IMG/VR virus record: IMGVR_UViG_3300044675_005482
Coordinates: 49,998-113,997 of that record
Length of the DNA: 64,000 nt
Source of the DNA: a virus
Strand: one strand, 5' to 3'
Shown in pieces: positions 38,546-48,531 of this stretch. Numbering within the stretch: the first letter of the stretch is position 1; each line of letters begins with the position of its first letter. Made by a program: the position numbers and the translations under genes. The notes beneath the pieces are model-generated. The model made no database searches. It was not told where the DNA came from and saw only the letters and a program-made list of their open reading frames with translations.

Positions 38546-38840
38546 ACACTTTAAGTATGGAATCAATCAATGGACTGGTGAGCCAAATAAGCCTGTTTTT
38601 TATACCCCAGAAATGTCTAAAGCTGTAAGATCAATTAAAAAACCAGTTCACAATTTACAAATGGACATAGCACAGTACCCAGATTTTCTTGCTATAAGAC
38701 TATATGAAGATAATTTTGTTCAATTTGCTGGAAATAAAAAAGAAATGGTAATTGATTATGTATCTAAGATTAAAAAGATTATAGAGTCATATGGGGTAAG
38801 ATGTGAATTGGAAGGTGTTCCTAGTGCAAGAATACTATGA
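38535..38840 (+). CDS. Hypothetical protein
   Basis: Coupled ORF. Confidence 0.7.
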   Translation: MENKHFKYGINQWTGEPNKPVFYTPEMSKAVRSIKKPVHNLQMDIAQYPDFLAIRLYEDNFVQFAGNKKEMVIDYVSKIKKIIESYGVRCELEGVPSARIL

Positions 38841-39020
38841 TACGGTTATTATAGTTTATTTACACAATTTAGGTGTTACTGGAACAATTGATAAAATGGG
38901 AGCGTATGCTTCAATTGTAAGATATAAAAAAGACGAAGTAGAGTACGAAGAACTGATTGAAAATAATGAATTCGCCATATTGGATGAATTAGTATTTGAA
39001 CATATAATAGAGGAACAATA

Positions 39021-39257
39021 ATGGAAAAGATCCTGTGCTATTCATGCAATAAGAGTAAGAATAAACTAAGCGTAAAGTTTTCTTCCCTTTTGCCAATTAG
39101 CCTACTGATGTGCGAAACCTGCATATCTTCTAAGTTTGAGCCACGCTGGGTAATTATCTTGTCTGGAAGACAAAATGGGGCTGAGTCCGTAAGAGACTTT
39201 ATCCTAAAAAGAAAGTACGTTGGTAGCGAAATTACAGCATCTGAGCTTATTCTTTAA
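39021..39257 (+). CDS. Hypothetical zinc-binding protein
   Basis: CYSC...CETC. Confidence 0.65.
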   Translation: MEKILCYSCNKSKNKLSVKFSSLLPISLLMCETCISSKFEPRWVIILSGRQNGAESVRDFILKRKYVGSEITASELIL

Positions 39258-39297
39258 GCATGTTGGACATTGAATTTATAAATAGTATACTAGTATT

Positions 39298-39855
39298 ATG
39301 ACCTGTATAGTTGCTATTGCCCAAAATGGAGTTGTCTATATGGCCTCCGACCATGCTGCTTCAGACGATAAAACTGGATGGATTCTGTCTAGAAAAGAAC
39401 CAAAGGTTTTTAAAGTTGGACAATATGGAGTTGCATTTACAGATTCATTTCGCATGGGACAAATTTTGCAATACTCATGGACTCCTCCAAAGTACACACC
39501 AACAAAAACAAATTCTGGTTTAGATAAATTTATGAGAACTAAGTTTGTTGATTCAGTTAAGCAAGCATTTAAAGACAACGGATACGGAAGCATCGGATCT
39601 TCCTCAGAAGAAGATACTGGTGGAATTTTTATAGTAGGGGTATGCGGTAGAATCTTTACTATAGATGAAGACTTTCATGTAGGAGAAAATGTTGTAAACT
39701 ATATGGCGGAAGGCAGTGGCGGAATGATAGCATTGGGAGCTTTATACGCTACAAAAAATCAAAAGAATCCACGTTTACGTTTAAAGGCTGCATTAGAAGC
39801 TGCAACAGAGTTTAATATGTCAGTAGCAGCACCCTACACTTATATTCAAGTTTAG
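39298..39855 (+). CDS. Ntn-hydrolase protease (HslV/proteasome beta-like)
   Basis: N-terminal M-TCIVA, ASD, KVF, AEGSGG..ALGAL. Confidence 0.82.
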   Translation: MTCIVAIAQNGVVYMASDHAASDDKTGWILSRKEPKVFKVGQYGVAFTDSFRMGQILQYSWTPPKYTPTKTNSGLDKFMRTKFVDSVKQAFKDNGYGSIGSSSEEDTGGIFIVGVCGRIFTIDEDFHVGENVVNYMAEGSGGMIALGALYATKNQKNPRLRLKAALEAATEFNMSVAAPYTYIQV

Positions 39856-39869
39856 TGTATAATTGAGGT

Positions 39870-40199
39870 ATGAAGATGTTAACAACCTTACTTGCAGCAG
39901 TAGTTGGATTTTTCGGATTCAAGGCGGCCAGAGAGTTCTTTGATAAGAATGTAATTTTAATTGCAGATAAAGACGATATTATTCAAGAAGGATATAACGA
40001 TCCTGATGATTTTTACAAAGATGCTATGGATTTAAGAGGGACCCCAACACACGAATGCGTATGTGGATCTAATATATGGAATGTTAGAGTTATATTCCAA
40101 GATTTTGAGGTTGCCCAATACTTTTTAGATATGGAATGTGCAGGCTGTGGTAGCATTGCAACAGCACCTACGTTATTAGACAGAGAACCTAAAGAATGA
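39870..40199 (+). CDS. Hypothetical membrane-anchored zinc-ribbon protein
   Basis: N-terminal TM; CVCG, CAGCG. Confidence 0.65.
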   Translation: MKMLTTLLAAVVGFFGFKAAREFFDKNVILIADKDDIIQEGYNDPDDFYKDAMDLRGTPTHECVCGSNIWNVRVIFQDFEVAQYFLDMECAGCGSIATAPTLLDREPKE

Positions 40200-40396
40200 G
40201 AAAGACTGAAAGAATAAGGGCTCTAGAGATAGAGCAATCCGCTTTAAAGGCACAATTAGACCTGCTTACAGAAACATTGTTAACTTTAATAGACATTCGT
40301 AGTCTAGAAAAGACTACTCTAGAGTCTGGCAAGTGGTATACAAAACCTAAAGAATAGGCTATTGACAGCCATTATTCTATTTAGTAGAATAAAGAA

Positions 40397-41338
40397 ATGA
40401 ATACAAAAACTATAGCGCTGATTGCAGCCTTACTAATTGCAGTACCTCAATCTGCTGAAGCTTCTAAGACTTCAGTTAAGAATACTACTATCACAACGCC
40501 TTCATTGGCAATTCTAGACACTGGACTAGACACCTCTTTGCCGTTCTTTGCTGGCAAAATTGTACACGAAGTTTGTTTTGTTGGCTGGAGCACATGTCCA
40601 AACGGTTCTGGTTTTCAAGAAGGTCCTGGGTCTGCTGTTGTAAACCCTAAGTTTATTAATACAAATGGATTTGATCATGGAACACAGATGGCCTATATTG
40701 CATTGGCTACTAATCCAAATATGAATATTGTGTTTGTTAGAATTGTCGGTAATACTTCAGACGGAAGACGACAGATTGTCCCAGATAGCACAATTGAAGG
40801 TGCATTAAAGTGGGTACTGGCAAATAAAGATAAGTATAATATTCAAGCAGTTGCAATGGCGCAAGGGTCTATGTCAAGAAACACTTCTGCAACAGATTAT
40901 TGCGTAAAGATTCCTACAGTAACTTCAGCAGTCGATGCCCTTGTTGCTGCTGGTGTACCTTCTTTCTTCCCTAATGGAAATGATAGAAATTATAATAAGA
41001 TTAATTGGCCAGCATGTATCCCATCAGCAGTTGCGGTTGGATCAACAGACCAAATGGGGTCCATCAACCTATATACAAATCACGATAAGTCTTTGACAGA
41101 CTTTTTCTCTCTAGGCAATGCTAAAGTAATGGTTCCTGGTGGATCAATTATTAATGGTGCTGGAACCTCTATCTCTGTTCAAACTGCAGCAGCAAATTGG
41201 ATTAAGCTAAAGTCTGCTAAGCCAAATCTCAGTTATCAAGAAACATATAATTTAATTCTTAAAACTGGAAAGGCAACCAAAAATTCAAGAATACCTACTG
41301 GTATTTTGTTTGATGTGAATGGGGCAATAAATGGATAA
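40397..41338 (+). CDS. Secreted subtilisin-like (S8) serine protease
   Basis: Signal peptide; ILDTG, HGTQM, GTSIS catalytic motifs. Confidence 0.9.
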   Translation: MNTKTIALIAALLIAVPQSAEASKTSVKNTTITTPSLAILDTGLDTSLPFFAGKIVHEVCFVGWSTCPNGSGFQEGPGSAVVNPKFINTNGFDHGTQMAYIALATNPNMNIVFVRIVGNTSDGRRQIVPDSTIEGALKWVLANKDKYNIQAVAMAQGSMSRNTSATDYCVKIPTVTSAVDALVAAGVPSFFPNGNDRNYNKINWPACIPSAVAVGSTDQMGSINLYTNHDKSLTDFFSLGNAKVMVPGGSIINGAGTSISVQTAAANWIKLKSAKPNLSYQETYNLILKTGKATKNSRIPTGILFDVNGAING

Positions 41339-41540
41339 ACAGCAAACTGTAATGGAAGGCATCATTGAAGATGTAGCAACAGACCTATATAATAAATGGT
41401 CAGCAGCACTTCCAGAAGCAGAAAGAAATGATAATGCATTTAGTGCTTTATCAACAAATGCTCACGAGACTACTTTATTTATTATTCAAAACTTTATGAA
41501 TAGATTTAATGAAGCAGCAGAGGAACTAAAAGATAAATGA
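41331..41540 (+). CDS. Hypothetical protein
   Basis: Coupled ORF. Confidence 0.65.
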   Translation: MDKQQTVMEGIIEDVATDLYNKWSAALPEAERNDNAFSALSTNAHETTLFIIQNFMNRFNEAAEELKDK

Positions 41541-41839
41541 AGATTACAGACGACACATTAGACGAAGTTTTAAAGTCTAACGATTTAGTCCTTGTGGATT
41601 TCTGGGCTGAATGGTGCGGACCGTGTTTAAAGATATCTCCAATTCTAGATGAAATATCTAAAGAGACTGGGCTACTCGTTGGTAAGTTAAATATTGATGA
41701 GAATCCTGTAAAAACATCTGAATATTCAGTTGTCTCTATACCAAATATGATATTATTTAAAGACGGTAAGCCAGTAAAAACCATAATTGGAGCAAAGCCA
41801 AAGCATGCTATGCTAAAGGAGCTTGAAGAATGGATTTAG
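41537..41839 (+). CDS. trxA: Thioredoxin
   Basis: DFWAEWCGPC. Confidence 0.95.
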   Translation: MKITDDTLDEVLKSNDLVLVDFWAEWCGPCLKISPILDEISKETGLLVGKLNIDENPVKTSEYSVVSIPNMILFKDGKPVKTIIGAKPKHAMLKELEEWI

Positions 41840-42024
41840 AAAACCTAGACTCAGATCATTTAGAGTTTGAGATATGGTTAAAAAATGGCTTTGATCGTGG
41901 ATGGGTATCAGATGTATTCTGTAATACTCATGACGGTCCACCTCTTTCAGAAGAAGAGGCGCAAGAATGGGATGAGGGCGGAGATCCGTGCTCTTTCCAA
42001 GTTAAAGTAAATATGCTAAACTAA
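41830..42024 (+). CDS. Hypothetical protein
   Basis: CNTHDG...GGDPC. Confidence 0.65.
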   Translation: MDLENLDSDHLEFEIWLKNGFDRGWVSDVFCNTHDGPPLSEEEAQEWDEGGDPCSFQVKVNMLN

Positions 42025-42073
42025 GTTTCTGTGCTCGCATAAGAGGCAGAATAAATAAGGAGAAATGAATTAA

Positions 42074-43096
42074 ATGAACTCATTTAAGAAAGTATCGCTA
42101 ATCATCGCTGCAGCCCTGACTAGCACAATGCTTGTATCGCCAGCAGCTAACGCTAACGCTGGAACTGTTACCCTAACGGTGGCGGGATCTGCAGCAGTAG
42201 GTGGAACAGTAGTAGGAACTCCTGTATCACTACCAGTACCAGCAGATAACAGTATCGATGCAGCAGATGCATTAAAGATTGCTGTAACATCAGTAGACAC
42301 TGGAACAGTAGTAACAGCAGTTGCAACAAATGCAACAATTGTTCCTGCTCTAGCAACAGCATCAGCACCAGTAACTGCATCAAGCGGTTCATCAACACTT
42401 TCAGTTTCAACAGGAACTGGAAATTCAGCAGACTTTTTTGTATATACTAAGTCTACAGCAGTAGGAACAGTTGCGATTACTCGTGCTGGAACTACAACAG
42501 TTTATTATGTACAAGGTACAGCAGGTGCCCTAAACTCAATCGCAATTACAGCACCAGCATCTGGAGCAGCAGGAACAGTTGCAACACTTAAGGTAGCAGG
42601 ATACGATGTATTCGGAAACCTAAAGGGTGGATCAACAATTAATACTCTTGTAAGCTCAAATGGCGCAGCAGTTGTCACAGCTCTTACAACAGACACAGCA
42701 GTAGCAACACTTGGAACTAAGGAGCAGACAGTTACACTTCCTGCTTCAGGCCAGGTTGTAGTTACAGCATATGCAACAGTAGCATCAGCCGTAACAGGAC
42801 TTGCAACACCTGTAGGCTCTGTAGTTGCAACAGTAGCTGTTCGTGATCTTGCAGGAGAACTTGCAGCAACAAATGCTGCTCTTGCAGTAGCAAATGCTGC
42901 TCTTGCAGCAGAAAAGGCTGGACGTGCAGCAGATAAGGTTGCCTCAGATAAGGCCCTTGCAGACGCATCAGCAAAGCTTGCAACCGATAAGGCAGCAGCG
43001 GATCTTGCTAAGGCTACTTACATTGCAGAGTATAATGCTCTAGCAAAGAAGTGGAACGCAAAGAATCCAAAGGCTAAGGTTAAGCTAAAGAAGTAA
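42074..43096 (+). CDS. Secreted surface (S-layer-like) protein
   Basis: MNSFKK signal peptide, Ala/Thr/Val-rich beta region, coiled-coil and basic C-terminus; strong RBS and terminator. Confidence 0.7.
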   Translation: MNSFKKVSLIIAAALTSTMLVSPAANANAGTVTLTVAGSAAVGGTVVGTPVSLPVPADNSIDAADALKIAVTSVDTGTVVTAVATNATIVPALATASAPVTASSGSSTLSVSTGTGNSADFFVYTKSTAVGTVAITRAGTTTVYYVQGTAGALNSIAITAPASGAAGTVATLKVAGYDVFGNLKGGSTINTLVSSNGAAVVTALTTDTAVATLGTKEQTVTLPASGQVVVTAYATVASAVTGLATPVGSVVATVAVRDLAGELAATNAALAVANAALAAEKAGRAADKVASDKALADASAKLATDKAAADLAKATYIAEYNALAKKWNAKNPKAKVKLKK

Positions 43097-43104
43097 TGCT
43101 TACA

Positions 43105-43150
43105 TTAAAGATTGAGGGCAGTATATACTTATATTGTCCTCAATCTTTAA
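43105..43150 (+). terminator. Long stem-loop terminator
   Basis: TTAAAGATTGAGGGCAGTATA...TATATTGTCCTCAATCTTTAA. Confidence 0.7.
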
Positions 43151-43316
43151 CTTCAACAGAAAGAATAAAATGAATCAAGAAGCCCAAAACATTGAAGATC
43201 AAGTTCGTGAAAAGATAGTCCAAAGCCTTTTGGCATTAACAATACCATCTACATGGAATCCAGACACTACATTGAGATATATAATTAGCTATATTAGTAA
43301 AAAGGATAACTAACAA

Positions 43317-44036
43317 TTGATTAGAACATTGTATGACAAGATATTTGTAATAGAAAATTATATAAGTAAAGACACTTGTAACTTTTTAGCTAACTGTTTT
43401 GAGTCTAGGGTTGTAGAAACAGAAAGAAAAGGTATATTTGGCGGACCATCATATTCAAAAGGCAATAACATTAAAGGCGCCTCAGATGGCCAAAACTTTT
43501 TAGATTATTCAAACGTTCCTGATTACAACATAGGCGTTGATATTATGGCGGGCATAATAGAAAGAACATGCAGAACAATATCAGACCATTACGATAATCC
43601 TTATTACTTAAAGAGTATGTTCTGGAGTAAAATGCTTACTGGAGGCAAAAATACTCTTCATATGGATAACTGGTATGAAAATTTTGATGGACAATTAAAG
43701 CCAAGACCATATAACATGTACGATAGATCTGGACTTCTTTACCTAACAGATAACTATCAGGGTGGGGAATTGTATTTCCCTAAGCAGGATCTTAAATTTA
43801 AGCCTAAGGCTGGAACATTTATATTCTTTGAAGGCAATATAGAAGTTCCTCATGAAGTGCTAGAAGTAACTGGTGGTACAAGATGTAATATTATTTCTTT
43901 CTATGGAGATGCAAATAATTATACACTGGATACAAACTCTATCTTGGATCAATTTCCAATTAATGAAACACAAAGTACTGCAGATAGTTTAAATAACATA
44001 AAGGAGATAATAAAAGAATATGACAGATTCAACTAA
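43317..44036 (+). CDS. 2OG-Fe(II) oxygenase
   Basis: HMD, YLTDNYQGGEL, HEV...GTR. Confidence 0.88.
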   Translation: MIRTLYDKIFVIENYISKDTCNFLANCFESRVVETERKGIFGGPSYSKGNNIKGASDGQNFLDYSNVPDYNIGVDIMAGIIERTCRTISDHYDNPYYLKSMFWSKMLTGGKNTLHMDNWYENFDGQLKPRPYNMYDRSGLLYLTDNYQGGELYFPKQDLKFKPKAGTFIFFEGNIEVPHEVLEVTGGTRCNIISFYGDANNYTLDTNSILDQFPINETQSTADSLNNIKEIIKEYDRFN

Positions 44037-44223
44037 AAAGACTTTACTAAAAACAACAAGCTGGGAAACTTTTCACCTAGTAGGAGTTGCTGGAGTAATT
44101 TATTTATTTACTGGTGAATGGGAGTATGCTAGCTTAGGTGCACTTATTTATATCGGCTGGGAAGCTCTTGGATACTTTTTACACGAAAGAGTATGGGCTA
44201 AATTTGGTGGTAAGGTTAAGTAA
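44020..44223 (+). CDS. DUF2061-like membrane protein
   Basis: KTTSWE...YLFTGE...YFLHERVW. Confidence 0.8.
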   Translation: MTDSTKKTLLKTTSWETFHLVGVAGVIYLFTGEWEYASLGALIYIGWEALGYFLHERVWAKFGGKVK

Positions 44224-44814
44224 TGGGAAAGCATAACGATAAGATTAAAAGAGCATTGGAGCAAAGAATTGCTTCAACTCCAAATGGTGCTGGCTTTAAG
44301 AAGCCTGGATCAATGAATAAGAAGAAGACAGGGTACCGTGGCCAAAAGGCCAGAGGAACATCAAAGTAATGTTTAGCGATATATGCGAATGGAATAAATG
44401 TGGCAAGAAAGCTAGCAGGATTGCCGCAAAGCCAGAGGGCGGTATCATAGACATTTGTGACGAATGCTGGCATCAGCATTACAGGTCTTAATCAACTAAA
44501 TGCTATAATAGGGTTATAGATGGAATTCTAGACCCATCTAAATAACAAACCTATAGGAGAAATAAAATGTCAGACGGATTAAACTTAACAGGCTTTAATG
44601 ATGTAAAGCCAGCAGGAACAAACAATTTGGGAGAGCAGTATGCTGCTGATCCAAAGTCAGCATTCCCATCAACAGACGTATCAAACCAATCTGCAGCACA
44701 GGGCCCAAAGTAAACCATGTGTATTGAATGTGGCTGCGAGTCTATCGGAAGCGAAACAGGTATTGCTTCAGTTGTAATAGAAGATACTTCAACGCAGGAT
44801 AGATCAGGAAACTA

Positions 44815-45207
44815 ATGATCAAGGGTTTTGACAAGATTGGCCCACTTCAAAAGGCTTCTTTAAGAGAAGGTAATTTTGTTCTTACTGGAGACGAAGAAGA
44901 TGTTTTAGTTGGTCGTATCGAATACGTTATGGTCGAAGGATTATTTGGAATACCTGGTTCAGAGTATGCTATTGAAGCATCAGAAGATGAGCCAGCAATT
45001 CTAATAAGAAAATTCGAACAAGAAGAAGAGAGCGGATTGTGGGAAGAAACTCAATGGCTAATCGGTAAGCCTCTAAAGCTTTGTACATTAATACAACCGC
45101 TACCTCTTGAAGAAGAAGATTCAATGGCAAAAGCTATTGATACTGATTCCAATATCACAAAGAGCTATTGGAATGGAAGTTTCAGCCCGAAGGGTGCTAT
45201 AAAATAA
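44815..45207 (+). CDS. Hypothetical acidic protein
   Basis: ORF. Confidence 0.65.
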   Translation: MIKGFDKIGPLQKASLREGNFVLTGDEEDVLVGRIEYVMVEGLFGIPGSEYAIEASEDEPAILIRKFEQEEESGLWEETQWLIGKPLKLCTLIQPLPLEEEDSMAKAIDTDSNITKSYWNGSFSPKGAIK

Positions 45208-45398
45208 TGTCAGATAACGGTACAGGCATGACGCCACCACCAAATGCAGGATCACCTTCAGGTGCTGTAACTAGTAGAGAAGCTACTAGAAAACAACCAA
45301 GACAAGGTTTAAAGATAGATACAAACAAACATGGCATACGCAGGGAAACATCTTTAGTTCCTAAACCGCCTAAAAAGTTTGGTAGAAAGAAAGTATAA
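45207..45398 (+). CDS. Hypothetical basic protein
   Basis: Coupled ORF followed by a terminator. Confidence 0.55.
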   Translation: MSDNGTGMTPPPNAGSPSGAVTSREATRKQPRQGLKIDTNKHGIRRETSLVPKPPKKFGRKKV

Positions 45399-45407
45399 CT
45401 ATATAAA

Positions 45408-45437
45408 AAATACAGCCCTAGAAATAGGGCTGTATTT
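45408..45437 (+). terminator. Bidirectional stem-loop terminator
   Basis: AAATACAGCCCTA-gaaa-TAGGGCTGTATTT. Confidence 0.75.
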
Positions 45438-45536
45438 ATTTAAGGATAAACATGTGTAAAAATTGTGGTAACTGTTCAACAGAACATAATGGAAGAACAA
45501 TAGATGATGCAGTTGATGTATCAGAGGCTAGTATAA

Positions 45537-45836
45537 TTATTTAGATTTATCAGTAACGGCACGTTCAATTCTATCAATTGAATCACGTAATGAAGATCCA
45601 CCGTTATTAAATAACTCGGCTTTGATAATTGCAAGCTCAGTGTCTATTTTATTAAAGTGCTCTTGTCCGTCATTTAGTCTTTGAGTAATTCCAGGCTTTT
45701 CATCGGTGCCATACCAGTCATCAATAAACTTAAACCATGTACCAAAAAGCTTTACAAACTTAGAAAATAAGTACCCAATCGCAGAGGCGGCAGCACCAAT
45801 TAAAACAATCCATTGTAAAGGGTTCATATTTTTCAT
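45537..45836 (-). CDS. Membrane protein with coiled-coil C-terminus
   Basis: N-terminal TM; NGGSSLRDSIDRIE. Confidence 0.7.
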   Translation of the reverse strand: MKNMNPLQWIVLIGAAASAIGYLFSKFVKLFGTWFKFIDDWYGTDEKPGITQRLNDGQEHFNKIDTELAIIKAELFNNGGSSLRDSIDRIERAVTDKSK

Positions 45837-45936
45837 AATGAACTTATTATACATTCCTGGTAAACTCAATGCAATTAACTAAAAAATGTTTATTATTATG
45901 GTTGACAAGGACGTCTATAAATTATATAATAAATAC

Positions 45937-46110
45937 ATGATAAACTTAGTCGAAAAAATCGTATGCCTTTTTAAGGGTCATGACCTATCTTTTGCAGGTA
46001 CTTGCCCGTACACACAAAGGGCCTATAACGTATGCTTGAGGTGCACTAAGATGTCTCCCAAGATTAAAGAATTTGATCTTGTAGAAGAAATAGATAAGGA
46101 AGACGTGTGA
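45937..46110 (+). CDS. Hypothetical protein (CLFKGH...CLRC)
   Basis: Leaderless after TTGACA-17-TATAAT. Confidence 0.6.
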   Translation: MINLVEKIVCLFKGHDLSFAGTCPYTQRAYNVCLRCTKMSPKIKEFDLVEEIDKEDV

Positions 46111-46493
46111 TATATCACAAGCATTTACTAGTAAACGCTAAGGTTAACACCCCAATTAGAACAGAAGAGCAAGGTATTGCATTCCTGCGTAATCTTGTAG
46201 AAAAAATTGATATGAAAATTATCAAGGGTCCGTTTGCTAAGTTTGTAGATAATGACGCAGAGGGAAACTCTGGGTTAACAGGAATAGTTATGATTGAAAC
46301 AAGCCATATAGCATTTCATATATGGGATCAAGTAAACCCAGGACTGCTACAGTTTGATTTATACACATGTGGTAAGCTAGAGTTGGAAAAGGTTACAAGA
46401 CTAATTCAAGAAACATTTGATATTGTTTCAATGGACTATGTCTTATTTGATAGAGAAGATGGTTTTGTTGTAGAAAGCCAGGGTAGCCTATAA
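46107..46493 (+). CDS. speD: S-adenosylmethionine decarboxylase-like proenzyme
   Basis: HKHLLV, GLTGIVMIETSHIAFHIW, DLYTCG. Confidence 0.88.
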   Translation: MIYHKHLLVNAKVNTPIRTEEQGIAFLRNLVEKIDMKIIKGPFAKFVDNDAEGNSGLTGIVMIETSHIAFHIWDQVNPGLLQFDLYTCGKLELEKVTRLIQETFDIVSMDYVLFDREDGFVVESQGSL

Positions 46494-46624
46494 TGCCAGC
46501 AATGTGCCACTGCAACATGTCTAAGAACTATCCATTTTGTGATAGTACCCATAAGAAAATCGGGCAGGGAACAGTTAAGCCAGAAGAATCAGAGCAGTTT
46601 GATAAGCCAGAAGAGGCTATTTAA
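46493..46624 (+). CDS. CDGSH-type iron-sulfur mini-protein (43 aa, not in ORF track)
   Basis: CHCNMSKNYPFCDSTH. Confidence 0.75.
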   Translation: MPAMCHCNMSKNYPFCDSTHKKIGQGTVKPEESEQFDKPEEAI

Positions 46625-46705
46625 CACTAGACGTATAGCAATACTTGCTGTATAATAAGAAGATACGTGGCTATAATATTTAGCCTAGAATAAAAGGAGA
46701 TAAAG

Positions 46706-46915
46706 ATGACTTTAGAATCAACATTTACAGATACTTTAGGTGTTTGGGAGATTGACCTTAACGAAGAGCGTTTTGTTCGCAAGGACGAAGAGGGCAATAT
46801 TAACGGCGAAGCACCATTTGATTACATTGCAGAGGACAAGGAAGCTCCAGAGTGGTTTACTGCTCATCTAGCAGAGATCCGTCCAGCAGCCCCAGCAGAA
46901 GAGTCTGCTGAATAA
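46706..46915 (+). CDS. Hypothetical acidic protein
   Basis: AGGAG RBS; terminator at about 46938-46963. Confidence 0.7.
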   Translation: MTLESTFTDTLGVWEIDLNEERFVRKDEEGNINGEAPFDYIAEDKEAPEWFTAHLAEIRPAAPAEESAE

Positions 46916-46982
46916 TAAACTATAAGTTTAGAACACAAAGCTAGAGGATAATCCTCTAGCTTTAGGTTTATAGAAAGACAAC

Positions 46983-47372
46983 ATGACATACGTAGATAAA
47001 CTATCAGACAATAAATCACTGGCATACTACTTTAAAAAGGTATTTCATTTAACTCCAGATGATATTAAACTAAAGCTATCTGAACAAGACTTTAAGTGTG
47101 TTGTATGCAATACTTACATTGCTGATAAGTTTGTGGTTGATCATGATCACGCATGTTGTCCACCAGCAGAAAACGCTAAAGGCAGGACAAGGAAGACCTG
47201 TGGCAATTGTGTAAGAGGGTTTCTTTGTGGTCCATGCAATAGAGGCATAGGCTTATTAAAAGAAGATAAAGAGATATTGATGAACGCTATTAAATATCTA
47301 GAATACTATGAAACCATGAATGAACTAATTGCAATTAGCTCGAAAGGCAGGGTTTTAAATGAATCCAGATGA
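46983..47372 (+). CDS. Endonuclease VII-family (His-Me finger) nuclease
   Basis: CVVC..VDHDH..VRGFLCGPCNRGIG. Confidence 0.9.
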   Translation: MTYVDKLSDNKSLAYYFKKVFHLTPDDIKLKLSEQDFKCVVCNTYIADKFVVDHDHACCPPAENAKGRTRKTCGNCVRGFLCGPCNRGIGLLKEDKEILMNAIKYLEYYETMNELIAISSKGRVLNESR

Positions 47373-48489
47373 CATTCTTCCACGATGGATTGCTGATTCA
47401 GTAGAGGTTATAGATGCTCCTGATTCTATGGGCAAGATCTTTAAAATTTCTAATGCTCAGGTAATAAATAACAAAAAGGAAGAAGTTATAAGGATCCCAG
47501 GCAAGACTTATATCGGAGAGACTCAGCTATACCTTTGGCATTTTTTGTATGATGACATAGCACAGTATGTCTATTTAAAGAAACATATCCCAGACTTAAA
47601 CCTATTCCTATTTGCACCTAAAGAGCTAAGATGTTCTACTAAATCAGAATTCTTAGAAGATATAAAGCATATGAATTTTCATCAAAGGCATGAAGAAAAA
47701 AGTGAAAATGGTCCACATAAATACTTTGAAGATATACTACCTTTATTTTTAACACAGGAGCACCTACCTAACTTATTTAAAGGAAACTATTCTTTTGAAG
47801 AGATATATTTTGTTTATGACTCAAGGTACTATTTTTCAAAGCTGGCAGACCTAGTAAAAGCTGGCCTGCATTGGTTTAATGTCCCATACGCATTTTGGCT
47901 CCCATTTGGCACCTGGGAAGAAAGAGCCGACATTCATAGAGCAGTATTTAATGAATTTTGGTGGAGAGACATTGGTATGCTAGAAATGAAAAAAATATTT
48001 TTAGAACAGATTAAAGATTACCCAACAGATACCCCCAAAAAGATATTTGTTTCTAGGAGAGACGCTCACAAAAGGCACAAGGCCACGAGTGATCCAGGAC
48101 CAATATCTCAAAGAGTTGTTGATGAAAGATTAAACAATAGAATAGAAGAGGCTTTTGAGGCAAACGGCTACGAGATGGTTCACCTTGAGGGTATGGGATA
48201 CTTTGATCAACTAAATCTATTTAGGAACGCAACTCACGTTGCAGGACTCTCTGGCACAGGGCTTTGTCAAACACTTGTCTGCGGACCAAACACCTTCCTT
48301 ACGCAGATATTTGCAACTAAGCTTTATGGATTTTCCTATAAGTTTATACCTAAGAGTATAGGATTTAAGATTCAGAGCTTAACCTTTACCAATGTAAAAC
48401 AATTAGATAAGATAAAAGAGATAGTAGATAAGCATTGTGCTTATGCTGACTCATTCATAGAAGCTAGGTCTAAATTAGATGATAAATAA
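47359..48489 (+). CDS. Glycosyltransferase family 61-like, close paralog of 28454-29572
   Basis: Shared blocks RW.A.SVEVID.PDS.GKIFK, PHKYFEDI, PKKIF.SR, LEGMGY. Confidence 0.75.
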   Translation: MNPDDILPRWIADSVEVIDAPDSMGKIFKISNAQVINNKKEEVIRIPGKTYIGETQLYLWHFLYDDIAQYVYLKKHIPDLNLFLFAPKELRCSTKSEFLEDIKHMNFHQRHEEKSENGPHKYFEDILPLFLTQEHLPNLFKGNYSFEEIYFVYDSRYYFSKLADLVKAGLHWFNVPYAFWLPFGTWEERADIHRAVFNEFWWRDIGMLEMKKIFLEQIKDYPTDTPKKIFVSRRDAHKRHKATSDPGPISQRVVDERLNNRIEEAFEANGYEMVHLEGMGYFDQLNLFRNATHVAGLSGTGLCQTLVCGPNTFLTQIFATKLYGFSYKFIPKSIGFKIQSLTFTNVKQLDKIKEIVDKHCAYADSFIEARSKLDDK

Positions 48490-48498
48490 GTCCCATAT

Positions 48499-48529
48499 AG
48501 TGCGAAAAAGTGCGGCGAAAAGAGAGAAC
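48499..48529 (+). repeat. Oriented site A (AGTGCG...CGAAA...AGAGA.C), copy 1
   Basis: Near-identical reverse copy at 63109-63140. Confidence 0.65.
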
Positions 48530-48531
48530 AA

